Shown in pieces: positions 32,121 through 41,600 of a stretch of 43,338 bases of DNA (position 1 is the first letter of the stretch; every line of letters starts with the position of its first letter). This DNA is from a virus, in the IMG/VR virus record IMGVR_UViG_3300029873_000010, positions 1 to 43,338 of that record, one strand, 5' to 3'. The notes under the pieces were generated by a model that was not told where the DNA came from, did not search any database, and worked only from the letters and a program-made list of their open reading frames with translations. The position numbers and the translations under genes are program-made.

Positions 32121-32141
32121 GACATTAAAAGAGGTTAGACG

Positions 32142-32816
32142 ATGGAAAAATTGAACAAAGGGCGAAAGCCCCCCGGATACAACAAACGTTCCGAGGAACA
32201 AAGGATTTACGATGTACGGTTTTGTGCCGACTTGTTTTTGCGTGGTTATTCGTATCGAGAAATTGCCGACGCATTGAACCGGGATTTGTCCGCCCGTGGC
32301 GTTGGTTATACAATTTCGTTTCAAATGGTTTATTACGATTTGCAACAATGCCTTATCGAATGGAAGCGGGAACGGTTGGAAACAATCGACGAATATGTTA
32401 CGCAGGAATTGCGCAAGTTGGATAAAATGGAGCAACAAGCGTGGGAGGCGTGGGAGGTATCCAAAACCGGAAAGCAGCGCACCAAAGAGAAAACCAACCG
32501 GGGGCGTCCTATCAAAACGGATGCGACCGACGGCGACCCGGAATATTACGGGTATGACGAAACGACCGTTGAAACGTCGGCGGGCAATCCCCGGTTTTTG
32601 GACTTGCTGTTGAACATTCAACAACGCCGGGCAAAGATGTTGGGATTTGATGCGCCCGTTAAAATCGAGATACCCGGATACAACGCCGGGACGGACGACG
32701 ATAAACCGAAATACGATGTTAAGGCAATCCCGGACGACCTGTTGTTTGCCGTCGCCGACAAATTGCAGTCCGCCGAATTTCAAAAGACAATCGCCGAGAA
32801 AGGAGGGGCGCAATAA
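32142..32816 (+). CDS. terS: Terminase small subunit (putative)
   Basis: 224 aa. N-terminal HTH-like segment (GYSYREIADALN), charged central region. First gene of the late operon, upstream of terL. Confidence 0.6.
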   Translation: MEKLNKGRKPPGYNKRSEEQRIYDVRFCADLFLRGYSYREIADALNRDLSARGVGYTISFQMVYYDLQQCLIEWKRERLETIDEYVTQELRKLDKMEQQAWEAWEVSKTGKQRTKEKTNRGRPIKTDATDGDPEYYGYDETTVETSAGNPRFLDLLLNIQQRRAKMLGFDAPVKIEIPGYNAGTDDDKPKYDVKAIPDDLLFAVADKLQSAEFQKTIAEKGGAQ

Positions 32817-33064
32817 TGGCAAAGCGAATGAATGTTGTTAAACAGGTTGTAACCAAAACGAACCATTATTGCGGGGATTGCGGACACGGTGTTTGGTATT
32901 TCGACCATGAGAATTTAGATGTTGCAAATAGATTGCCGATTTGTTGCCGTTGTCCGTTTACCCCGAACCGTTCCCGGATAAGGAGCGAAACGGCGTGTTT
33001 GAATTGGATACCGAAAAAGCCCGGCGAATTGATAGTTACACCCGATAAAATTGTACGACCATGA
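32816..33064 (+). CDS. Small zinc-finger protein between terS and terL
   Basis: 82 aa containing HYCGDCGHG...PICCRCPF. TAATG and ATGA couplings on either side. Confidence 0.5.
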   Translation: MAKRMNVVKQVVTKTNHYCGDCGHGVWYFDHENLDVANRLPICCRCPFTPNRSRIRSETACLNWIPKKPGELIVTPDKIVRP

Positions 33065-34614
33065 GCAACGAGGAATTATTGAAGATGTACGAGGCAATCA
33101 AGGCAGACCCCGGCGAATTGGTGCGAGCCGCCGCCCGTAAACGTCTTATCAACTTTGCCCGGTATATGCAACCGGATTTGGTATTGGAACCGTTTCATGT
33201 TGTATATTATACCCTGTTGGATATGTTTGCGCATGGCAAAATACGAAAGATGATTGTACAACAGCCGCCGCAACATGGCAAATCGGAGGGGTCAAGCCGC
33301 AAATTACCCGCATTTATGTTGGGGTTAGACCCCGACCGCAAAATATGTATCGGTTCGTATGCGGCGACAATCGCACGGGATTTTAACCGGGACGTTCAAC
33401 GAATAATCGACACGCCCCGGTATCGTGAATTATTCCCCGGCACGTACTTAAATGGGTCGAACGTCGTAACAATGGCGAATACCTATTTGCGCAATTCCGA
33501 TGTTATCGAAATGGTCGGGCGTAAGGGGTCGTTGCGTGTCGTCGGTCGTGGCGGTTCGCTGACGTCTAAAACCGTGGACGTTTCGATATTGGACGACGTG
33601 TATAAAGATTACGCCGAGGGTAACAGCCCGATAGTACGGGCGGCGGCGTGGAAATGGTACACGACCGTTGTACGCACCCGTTTACACAATGATAGTCAAG
33701 AATTGATTGTATTTACCCGTTGGCACGACGACGATTTGATAGGGCGCATTGAAAAGAGCGGCGAAACGATTATTGATGTTAAGTGTTGGGCGGATTTGGA
33801 GGACGTAACGCCGGGGGCGTGGGTGCGCATAAACTTTGAGGGGTTGAAAACCGGGGAACCGACCGAGATAGACCCACGGGAACCGGGGGCGGCATTATGG
33901 GAAAGCCGACACAGTAAGCAAAAGTTGGAAGCGCAAAAGGCATTAGACCCGGTGCAATTTCAATGCCTGTATCAAGGCAACCCCGGTTCCGCCGAGGGTC
34001 GATTGTACCAACCTTTCAAAACGTGGGTCGAAAAATCCGATTACGGCACGTACATTCGTTCCGGCGCATACATTGACGTTGCCGATGAGGGCGACGACCT
34101 GTTGTTTGCCGCAACGTATGACGTGTATAAGTCCGACAATCTGTTTTTCAACGAGAAAACAAAGCGCATGGAGCCGATATTGTTTGCCCTTATTACAGAT
34201 ATGGAAATGACGGACGAAAATACGGACGTTACAACCGTAACCGTCCCGGCGATGATTAACCGGAACGGGACGCAAAAAGCGTGGGTTGAGAGCAACAACG
34301 GTGGTGCGGGTTACGAAAAGGTTATCAAAAAGAAAGTCCGGGCGATTACCGACCCGTTTTATCAAGGGGGCAACAAGGAAAGCCGGATAATAACAGCGTC
34401 CGCAATGGTTAATCAACATATAATTATGCCGTTCGGTTGGGAAACCCGGTACAAAGCCGTTTACGACCATGTAACCGGATTTTTGCGCAATTTCGGAGCC
34501 AATACGCACGACGACCCGGAGGACGGATTGACCGGGATATATGAAAAGGAGATTGCGGACGGCAATATACAGCCATACGCACACGCAAACCGAGGCGTAA
34601 GACGACGCAATTAA
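33061..34614 (+). CDS. terL: Terminase large subunit
   Basis: QQPPQHGKSEGSS (Walker A-like), VDVSILDDVYKD (Walker B), FTRWHDDDL, and a C-terminal nuclease-like region. 517 aa. Confidence 0.9.
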   Translation: MSNEELLKMYEAIKADPGELVRAAARKRLINFARYMQPDLVLEPFHVVYYTLLDMFAHGKIRKMIVQQPPQHGKSEGSSRKLPAFMLGLDPDRKICIGSYAATIARDFNRDVQRIIDTPRYRELFPGTYLNGSNVVTMANTYLRNSDVIEMVGRKGSLRVVGRGGSLTSKTVDVSILDDVYKDYAEGNSPIVRAAAWKWYTTVVRTRLHNDSQELIVFTRWHDDDLIGRIEKSGETIIDVKCWADLEDVTPGAWVRINFEGLKTGEPTEIDPREPGAALWESRHSKQKLEAQKALDPVQFQCLYQGNPGSAEGRLYQPFKTWVEKSDYGTYIRSGAYIDVADEGDDLLFAATYDVYKSDNLFFNEKTKRMEPILFALITDMEMTDENTDVTTVTVPAMINRNGTQKAWVESNNGGAGYEKVIKKKVRAITDPFYQGGNKESRIITASAMVNQHIIMPFGWETRYKAVYDHVTGFLRNFGANTHDDPEDGLTGIYEKEIADGNIQPYAHANRGVRRRN

Positions 34615-34656
34615 CAATATTTTCGAGATATGCAAGATTATCCGGGAAAAAGTTTA

Positions 34657-34664
34657 TAACTTTG
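34657..34664 (+). promoter_or_regulatory. Possible -7 promoter box TAACTTTG
   Basis: Matches TAnnTTTG, but there is no clear -33 TTTG. Followed by the GGGGC/GCCCC hairpin at 34678-34696. Confidence 0.3.
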
Positions 34665-34737
34665 TAACCGAAACAAGGGGGCAAAGGGACAGCCCCGGAG
34701 AAAGTAACAATATTTTTAACGTTAAAAACAAAGAAGT

Positions 34738-35382
34738 ATGATTTGTAAATGTCCGGCGGGGGTGGCGTTGCCCGATGTACCCGCAATTACGTGTCCGGAA
34801 AGTTTCGGACAAGTTCAGAAAGTGGCTTTTCAACGTCTTACAAAAGACGACGGAAGCAAAAACAGTTTTACGAGTGAAAAAGCGATTACGGCGTTAGCGT
34901 CGTGGACGCCCCTTTTATCGGCGGCGGATAGCACGAAAGTAGTTGTTTCACCGTATATCCAAGCCCCGACCGCCGAGGCGGGAGCCGCCCGCACCTTTGG
35001 AGGCGGTAACGAAACGTTGGGAGGCGTCGAAGAAATTATTGGACGTGAACCAACCCCGTTTACCGGAGTTATCCGCAAAGCCCCCCAAAAGGTTATCAAA
35101 GCATTAAAGGAAATGCAATGCGAAAGTTGGGGCGACAATTTGGGTATCTTCATTTTCGACGAAAACGGCGCAATTGGAGCCATTAAGGACGCCGAAACGG
35201 AGGGTACATATTACCCGATACCTATACGTTCGTTGTTTATCGGCGATAAGACGTTGGGCGGATTGGGAGCCCCGGACAGCAACGCAATACAATGGTCGTT
35301 TTTGCCGAATTGGTCGGACGATTTGGCGATTGTTGCCCCGGCGTTTAACCCGCTTACGGATTTGAAACCCGCACAAGTGTAA
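34738..35382 (+). CDS. Hypothetical virion-module protein
   Basis: 214-aa ORF between terL and the portal gene. No motif recognised. Confidence 0.55.
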   Translation: MICKCPAGVALPDVPAITCPESFGQVQKVAFQRLTKDDGSKNSFTSEKAITALASWTPLLSAADSTKVVVSPYIQAPTAEAGAARTFGGGNETLGGVEEIIGREPTPFTGVIRKAPQKVIKALKEMQCESWGDNLGIFIFDENGAIGAIKDAETEGTYYPIPIRSLFIGDKTLGGLGAPDSNAIQWSFLPNWSDDLAIVAPAFNPLTDLKPAQV

Positions 35383-35603
35383 TGACGGCGAAAGTTACAA
35401 AGGTCGTGTTGGAGTGTCCGACCCTTAACAAGACCGAAGAATTTGAGATTAACCACGCCGAACGCCTGTTGCGGATGCCTAACAATGGCGGTTGGCAGTT
35501 GCCCGAAAAAACACCTTTTGAATTTAGCAAAGAAAATGGGATTAGATACAAAACGCATAAGAAAGGAAATAACGGAACCGAGAAAAAAGGCGACGATAAA
35601 TAA
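35382..35603 (+). CDS. Hypothetical small protein
   Basis: 73 aa. TAATG coupling to the upstream gene. Overlaps the 5' end of the portal ORF. Confidence 0.45.
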   Translation: MTAKVTKVVLECPTLNKTEEFEINHAERLLRMPNNGGWQLPEKTPFEFSKENGIRYKTHKKGNNGTEKKGDDK

Positions 35604-37257
35604 AGCGGTCATACACCAAAACCGCATTAAATTTCACGCCCAAACCAACGTAACGCCCTTAATGTGTTTACCCACGACCGATTTTTTGGCATGGGTTCAA
35701 AATCTTATCCCGCATGATAAATTCAAAATCTTTAAAACATTGTTCCGTTACCCCGTTCGTACCAACGAGGTAACGGGCATTTGTTTTGATAAATTAAGCC
35801 GTATTTTCGACGGTCGTAACCCGGCGTTCAATTATCAATTCCAAAACACGGAACAACGGGACGATTGGGAGTATTACCGCCAAGATGTATTAAAGGAGCC
35901 GGAAATTTGGAGTACCAAAGGTTGGGAGTTTTTCAAGACGGAAATAAACAGCGTCTTAATTGTTGATTTGCCCGCCGAGAAAAACCCCGCCGACCGATAC
36001 CCGACCCCGTATTTTTATTGGCTACCTATCGAAAGCGTCATAACCTTTGAAGCAAACCGGACAACCGGGGTTATGGATTGGATAATTTTCCGCCAACCCG
36101 ATAAACGTATTGCAGTTATTGACGATGAACGATACAGAGTATTTGCAGAGGACGACGGCGGCAACATAGGCAAATTATTGGTTGATAACCCACACGATTT
36201 GCGTTATTGTCCCGCCCGTTTCTTTTGGAACGAACCAATGAATTTGCGAGAACCGGACGTTAAACAATCCCCGCTAACAAAAGAATTAGAGGCGTTGGAT
36301 TGGTTTTTGTTTTTCCATATATCGAAGCGGCATTTGGATATGTACGGGGCTTACCCGATATATTCCGGTTACGAACAATCGTGCGACTTTACAAATGCCG
36401 AAAACGGCGATTATTGCGACGGTGGGTTTTTGAAAGACAAGCAAGGGTATTACAGGTTAGACCAAGCCGGGTTATTGATGCGTTGCCCCAAGTGCGGCGA
36501 CAAACGTATTACCGGGGCGGGTTCCTTTGTTGAAATACCGATACCGGACGGGGACAAACAACCCGATTTGCGAAACCCGGTGCAAATGTTGACTGTTGAC
36601 CGTACAAGTTTGGATTACAACGTTGAGGAAGAAAAGCGATTGCGGGAAAACATTATTACCGCCGTCGTCGGACAAAACGAGGAAGTAACCCAACGGGAGG
36701 CGTTCAATGAACAACAGGTTAAAGCCGCATTTGAGAGCCAAAGCACGGTATTAAACCGAGTGAAAAAAGGCTTTGAAGCCGCCCAACAGTTCGTCGATGA
36801 AACGGTTTGCCGATTGCGATACGGCAATATGTTCGTATCTGCAAAAGTCAATTACGGCACGGAGTTCTATTTGTACGACGCAAGCGAGTTGCGGAACCGT
36901 TACAAGTCGGCAAAGGAAAGCGGCGCAAGTGAGGCAGAATTGGACGCCCTACAAAATCAGATTATCGAAACGGAGTACCGGAACAACCCAACCCAATTGC
37001 AACGTATGTTGATATTGGCAGAATTGGAGCCGTACCGCCATTTGACCCGGAACGAGGTATTGGATTTGTACGGGCGCAACTTAATTTCGGAGAATGAATT
37101 GCGTATAAAGTTGAATTTCGCTAACTTTGTCCGCAGGTTTGAACGGGAGAATACAAACATTTTGGAATTTGGAACGCAAATACCATTCAACCAAAAGATT
37201 TCAGTAATAACAAGTAAATTTAACGAGTATGCGAGTGAAAACAGCAACCGAGGGTAA
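35536..37257 (+). CDS. Portal protein (start uncertain)
   Basis: Large ORF (573 aa from ATG 35536) downstream of terL and upstream of the scaffold and capsid genes. The call rests on position and size. The track start at 35443 and the in-frame ATG at 35485 are alternative starts. Confidence 0.65.
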   Translation: MGLDTKRIRKEITEPRKKATINKAVIHQNRIKFHAQTNVTPLMCLPTTDFLAWVQNLIPHDKFKIFKTLFRYPVRTNEVTGICFDKLSRIFDGRNPAFNYQFQNTEQRDDWEYYRQDVLKEPEIWSTKGWEFFKTEINSVLIVDLPAEKNPADRYPTPYFYWLPIESVITFEANRTTGVMDWIIFRQPDKRIAVIDDERYRVFAEDDGGNIGKLLVDNPHDLRYCPARFFWNEPMNLREPDVKQSPLTKELEALDWFLFFHISKRHLDMYGAYPIYSGYEQSCDFTNAENGDYCDGGFLKDKQGYYRLDQAGLLMRCPKCGDKRITGAGSFVEIPIPDGDKQPDLRNPVQMLTVDRTSLDYNVEEEKRLRENIITAVVGQNEEVTQREAFNEQQVKAAFESQSTVLNRVKKGFEAAQQFVDETVCRLRYGNMFVSAKVNYGTEFYLYDASELRNRYKSAKESGASEAELDALQNQIIETEYRNNPTQLQRMLILAELEPYRHLTRNEVLDLYGRNLISENELRIKLNFANFVRRFERENTNILEFGTQIPFNQKISVITSKFNEYASENSNRG

Positions 37258-37750
37258 AACAAAGGACGTCGCAATTACCGACGTCACCCCCGAAAACTAC
37301 ATTGTACCGAGCAACGAACAACATTTGTATCATTGCGTTATTGAGGTACGCAAGTTTGACAGCGAAACGGGCAAACGCTTATCCGTTCCCCGTATCCAAA
37401 AGTTCGGCAAAAAATCGTTTGAAAACGGCATTTTGGACGCACTGAAAAAACAGGGTTACACGATTACCGTATTGCACGACCCCAACGAGTACGTCAAGGC
37501 GCAAGCCGAGGAAAAAGCGGCACGAACCGCCGCACAGCAGAAAGCCGCCGAGGAAAAAGCCGCCGCCGATGCAAAGGCAAAGGCAGAAGCCGAGGCGAAA
37601 GCCAAAGCCGAGGAAAAAGCGGCGTTAAAGGCTGAAATTTTGGCGGAATTGAAAGCGGCGGGAGTTATCCCGGCGGAACCCGCCAAAGAAACCAAAGCCG
37701 ATGCAAAGGCAAAGGCAGAAGCCGAGGACAAACCCGGAGCGAAAAAGTAA
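37229..37750 (+). CDS. Hypothetical head-module protein with an Ala/Lys/Glu-rich repeat tail
   Basis: 173 aa. The C-terminal half reads AEEKAARTAAQQKAAEEKAAADAKAKAEAEAKAKAEEKAALKAE...ADAKAKAEAEDK. Confidence 0.55.
   Translation: MRVKTATEGKTKDVAITDVTPENYIVPSNEQHLYHCVIEVRKFDSETGKRLSVPRIQKFGKKSFENGILDALKKQGYTITVLHDPNEYVKAQAEEKAARTAAQQKAAEEKAAADAKAKAEAEAKAKAEEKAALKAEILAELKAAGVIPAEPAKETKADAKAKAEAEDKPGAKK
37565..37595. repeat. 31-bp perfect direct repeat (second copy at 37697..37727)
   Basis: gccgatgcaaaggcaaaggcagaagccgagg occurs twice, 132 nt apart and in frame (ADAKAKAEAE). Confidence 0.85.
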
Positions 37751-37779
37751 CAGAGTATTAAACTATTAAAAATACGATT

Positions 37780-38049
37780 ATGGCACAGATTGCACAGCAG
37801 GACAATTTGGTTATTGAAGTATCAACAACCGCCGCCGCATTGGATGACGACACAAAGAAAAAGTTGATTGAATGTATTGAGGGCGGAACAATTACCGACG
37901 TCATTTTGGTAACAAAAGAGGTTGAAAAGAAAATCAGCCATGCACGTGTTGTTAGTTGGTTGGTTGACACAACCGGGGATTCCCCAAAATACACAATTGA
38001 TATTATTAACGCAAACAGCGGAGCAGTAGCAGCAATCGCACTTAATTAA
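37780..38049 (+). CDS. Hypothetical head-module protein
   Basis: 89-aa ORF between the AKE-rich protein and the scaffold gene. Confidence 0.5.
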   Translation: MAQIAQQDNLVIEVSTTAAALDDDTKKKLIECIEGGTITDVILVTKEVEKKISHARVVSWLVDTTGDSPKYTIDIINANSGAVAAIALN

Positions 38050-38068
38050 TTCAAAGGGTAAGAATATT

Positions 38069-39019
38069 ATGTTAACGAGAGAAATTTTAATTGCAAATGC
38101 GGCTTTGTCCGGTTTGACGGACGAACAAATTGCGGCAATTACAACATTGTCCGCCAACGACGAAAATAGCGTTATCGCCAAAAAGACGGGCGAAATTTAC
38201 GGCGGATTGGATGCCGATATTTTGGCGGCGTCCGGTATCGCAAAGAACGGAACCGAAAAGACGTTTGATTACGCAAAACGTGTGGTCGCCGAGTTCAAAA
38301 CCAAAGCGGAAAGCGCAAGCGCATTGCAAACCCAAATCGACAGTCTGACGAAAGAAAAGGAACGTTTGGAAAAGGCAATTGCCGACGGTGCGACCGATAC
38401 GGAAACGGCAAAGGCGTTGAAACAGGCGAAAGCCGATTTAACGGCGGTAAAAACGCAGTTTAACGACCTCAAAAGCAAGTACGATGAAGCCGAAAAGAAA
38501 TTCCAAACGGAGTTGTTCGGCGTTCGTATCGAGGGTGCATTGCAGACCGCAACCGCCGGGTTGAAATTCAAACCGGGATTGCCCGAAAGCGCAACAAAGG
38601 TTTTGTTAGCGCAAGCAATCGACAAAATTAAGGGTATGAACCCCGAATATATCGACGACGGAAAAGGCGGTAAAATCCTTGCTTTTAAGGACGAAAGCGG
38701 CGCAATTATGCGTAACCCGAACAATCAGTTGAACCCGTACACCCCCGGCGACCTGTTGGCAAAGGAATTGGAAACAATGGGTATTTTGGATAAGGGACGC
38801 CAAGCCGGAGGCGGCGGAACGGTTCCCCCGGCGGGCGGTTCCGGCGGTGGTGGCGGAACAACCATTGACGTAACGGGCGCAAAAACCCGTGTCGAAGCTT
38901 ACGAAGCAATCGCCGCAAACCTTATGGCGCAGGGTTTAACGGCGGGTTCCGAAAAGTTCGACGCCGCAATGAAACAGGCATGGCAGGACAACAATATTGC
39001 CGCATTGCCGGAAAAGTAA
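38069..39019 (+). CDS. Scaffolding protein (putative)
   Basis: 316 aa. Helical and coiled-coil (KAESASALQTQIDSLTKEKERLEKAIADG...) with a Gly-rich tract. Lies immediately upstream of the capsid gene. Confidence 0.6.
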   Translation: MLTREILIANAALSGLTDEQIAAITTLSANDENSVIAKKTGEIYGGLDADILAASGIAKNGTEKTFDYAKRVVAEFKTKAESASALQTQIDSLTKEKERLEKAIADGATDTETAKALKQAKADLTAVKTQFNDLKSKYDEAEKKFQTELFGVRIEGALQTATAGLKFKPGLPESATKVLLAQAIDKIKGMNPEYIDDGKGGKILAFKDESGAIMRNPNNQLNPYTPGDLLAKELETMGILDKGRQAGGGGTVPPAGGSGGGGGTTIDVTGAKTRVEAYEAIAANLMAQGLTAGSEKFDAAMKQAWQDNNIAALPEK

Positions 39020-39074
39020 ACAATCACGGGTAAAGGGTAAACCCGCATTTAATAACAATTAAATTTTTAACATT

Positions 39075-40187
39075 ATGTCATTAGTAGCAACAAGATTGCA
39101 AAATTGGCGGATTGAAAACCCGGAATTAGACCGTAATATGACCCGCCCGTGTGAGTATGGCGCATTGGATTTTTTCATTGAGCAAACCAACGCCCCGTCC
39201 TCAATCATTAACCCCAATTTGCGTGACCGTGCGTTTGCGTCCATTGGTAACACGGTACAAGTACCCGTTATCAATTACGACGGCGATGTACAGGTTAGCA
39301 ATGTCCGTTCGTGCGTTATCGCTGACGATGAAAATACGTCCGCATTGGTAACGGTTGTTTGGGCGACTTATGCCATTGGCTTTACAATGGTTCCCGCCGC
39401 ATACATGAACAACGAAATTTCCTACGAACACGACTTTTTGCGCAAAATGGAAAAGACGTGCCGGGCTTTGGCGGACAAATTGGACGTCGGAGCCGTTGCC
39501 GCATTGGAGGCAAACAAAACACAGGTGTTCAAAACGTTGCTTAACTACACGGAGGCGGGCAACGTGGTACAGGTTCCAACCCAAATGGCGACCGAGATTT
39601 TGGGCGATATTAACCCGATTATGCGGGCTAACTGTTACCCGGAATATATCCACATTATCGCCAACGCCGGGGTTGATAGCCTTATACGTAAACTTGCGCA
39701 ACATGGCGTTTACAACGACGTAAACAAGCGCATGGAGTACGACAACAAGGTTTTGCACTACACGAACAACGTAACCGACGAAGCGGGCAAAATGGGAACC
39801 ATGTTTGCCGTTGCTGACGGTAATGTTGGTATCCTTACCCGTGTTGACCGTGAGGCATTGCGCCGCACCCGTGCGAATTTCCACGAATGGGACGTTGTAC
39901 GTTTGCCGTACATTGATTTGCCCGTTGGTTCGCACTATTACACCGCCGTTGGCGACCAGTCCGCAATCATGGGCGCCGCAACCGCCGATTTGACGTGCGC
40001 CGTTAAGGAGTATTTCGGATTTTCCGTTGACGTGGCGTATATGGTTGCTTACAACAGCAACCCGGATACTGTGGCAAACCCGATTATCAAAGCCGAGATT
40101 GCCGCCCGCAATCCAAACGAACCGTTGGGTATGCCTGTATATGTAACCAACGCCGGGGAATTTCCCGCCGGAGGTGCGGGCGCATAA
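39075..40187 (+). CDS. Major capsid protein (putative HK97 fold)
   Basis: 370 aa. Follows the scaffold gene and is followed by a strong hairpin terminator/attenuator. Size and position are typical. Confidence 0.7.
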   Translation: MSLVATRLQNWRIENPELDRNMTRPCEYGALDFFIEQTNAPSSIINPNLRDRAFASIGNTVQVPVINYDGDVQVSNVRSCVIADDENTSALVTVVWATYAIGFTMVPAAYMNNEISYEHDFLRKMEKTCRALADKLDVGAVAALEANKTQVFKTLLNYTEAGNVVQVPTQMATEILGDINPIMRANCYPEYIHIIANAGVDSLIRKLAQHGVYNDVNKRMEYDNKVLHYTNNVTDEAGKMGTMFAVADGNVGILTRVDREALRRTRANFHEWDVVRLPYIDLPVGSHYYTAVGDQSAIMGAATADLTCAVKEYFGFSVDVAYMVAYNSNPDTVANPIIKAEIAARNPNEPLGMPVYVTNAGEFPAGGAGA

Positions 40188-40216
40188 CGCCGGAGCATAA
40201 CGAATTGTTAAACCGA

Positions 40217-40255
40217 GGGGACGGGGTGGTTATCCCCGCCCCCTTATTTATTTCA
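40217..40255 (+). terminator. Terminator/attenuator after the capsid gene
   Basis: GGGG-a-CGGGG / tggttat / CCCCGCCCC followed by TTATTTATTT. Confidence 0.65.
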
Positions 40256-40262
40256 AACGCAG

Positions 40263-41600
40263 ATGTACCGATTAAAAGAAATACAGGACGCATTATTGCA
40301 CGTCGTCGGGTGGGAACAATCATACGACCCGGCAAAGGCGATAGACGACAATTTAACGCAGACGGAAAGCGGTTTGACGTTTCAAGGTGCGCACCCCCTT
40401 GTTACTTTGGATAATGTCCGGGCAATCGTCCCGGATGATTTCGTTTTTCAATATCCGGTTTGGAATATGATACCGGAATACAAAGCCGGGGCAAAGGTTC
40501 GCCACAACAACAAAGTTTGGATTGCCGCACGGGACAACCAAAACGAGGAACCGACCGAAAGCGATTTTAACGACGATTACAACGACGATTACGGCAACCC
40601 ATATTGGCAACCGTACAATTTCATTTCCGATTATTTGGAGCGGTTGACCCGTAACGGTATTGCGCAAATGGTACAAACATTCACGCAAATAAAGGGATTG
40701 GATAAGGAAACAAAGAACCTATTGGAACGGCGCACGTTCTTTGACGGTGCGGGACGTATCCGGGCGACGTTGCCGAATAATCATAAATTAGTCGGGTTTG
40801 AAATTGTCCCGGTTCGTTCTATGGGCGTAACAATGAAAATCGAACAAATCGGGTTGCAAATGACGGGCGCAACCGGGGTTGTCCGTATGTATCTTTTCCA
40901 TTCGTCCCAAATTGACCCGATAAAGACGTTTGATTTGAATTTTACGCAGACAAACGGCGGTTTTCAATGGTTCCCGTTGAAAGATTGTTATTTACCGTAT
41001 ATCAGTACCGGAAACAACGCCGGGGGATCGTGGTTCCTTTGTTACAACCAAAACGATTTGCCCGCCGGGATGCAGGCAATTAACATGACAAAGGATTGGA
41101 GCCGGGAGCCGTGCGGGACGTGTACGGGTTACGTTGATTTGGAGCGTTGGCGGGAAATAACCAAGTATTTACAGGTATCCCCGTTTATGATGAACGCCCC
41201 GGAAACATTCGACGAATACCCGGAGTTGTGGGATATTGCGTTGACGATGTACACCAATACGCAGAATTACGGGTTGAATTGCGAAATAACCGTTGGTTGC
41301 GACCTAACGGAATTTATCATTAAGGAAAGGCAAATTTTCCAAACGGTTATCCAACGACAGGTCGCCGCAATCATGTTGCGCACGTTGGCAATGAACCCCG
41401 ATGTTAAGGTAAACCGGAACCAAGTAAACGCAACCCGGTTGGAAATTCTTTACGAGTTGGACGGCAACGTTGAGGGTCGCCCCGGCGGTTTGGGTTATGA
41501 CCTTAAAAAGGCATACGAGGCGTTGCGATTGGATACGCAGGGTATCGACCGTATTTGCCTTACTTGTAATAACCACGGCGTAAAATACCGAATAACGTAA
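40263..41600 (+). CDS. Hypothetical virion protein with a CBM5/12-like segment and a D/N/Y repeat
   Basis: 445 aa. YKAGAKVRHNNKVWIAARDNQNEEP, then DFNDDYNDDYGNPYW. Also CGTCTGY and CLTCNNHG. Confidence 0.55.
   Translation: MYRLKEIQDALLHVVGWEQSYDPAKAIDDNLTQTESGLTFQGAHPLVTLDNVRAIVPDDFVFQYPVWNMIPEYKAGAKVRHNNKVWIAARDNQNEEPTESDFNDDYNDDYGNPYWQPYNFISDYLERLTRNGIAQMVQTFTQIKGLDKETKNLLERRTFFDGAGRIRATLPNNHKLVGFEIVPVRSMGVTMKIEQIGLQMTGATGVVRMYLFHSSQIDPIKTFDLNFTQTNGGFQWFPLKDCYLPYISTGNNAGGSWFLCYNQNDLPAGMQAINMTKDWSREPCGTCTGYVDLERWREITKYLQVSPFMMNAPETFDEYPELWDIALTMYTNTQNYGLNCEITVGCDLTEFIIKERQIFQTVIQRQVAAIMLRTLAMNPDVKVNRNQVNATRLEILYELDGNVEGRPGGLGYDLKKAYEALRLDTQGIDRICLTCNNHGVKYRIT

Noticed and set aside
31797-32822. 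341-aa minus-strand ORF spanning the terS gene and the upstream leader
   Set aside because: The plus strand here is purine-rich, so the complement lacks stop codons by composition alone. The translated product is low complexity (R/F/G/L/V-rich). The ORF is antisense to a well-supported terS and would be the only minus-strand gene in the genome.
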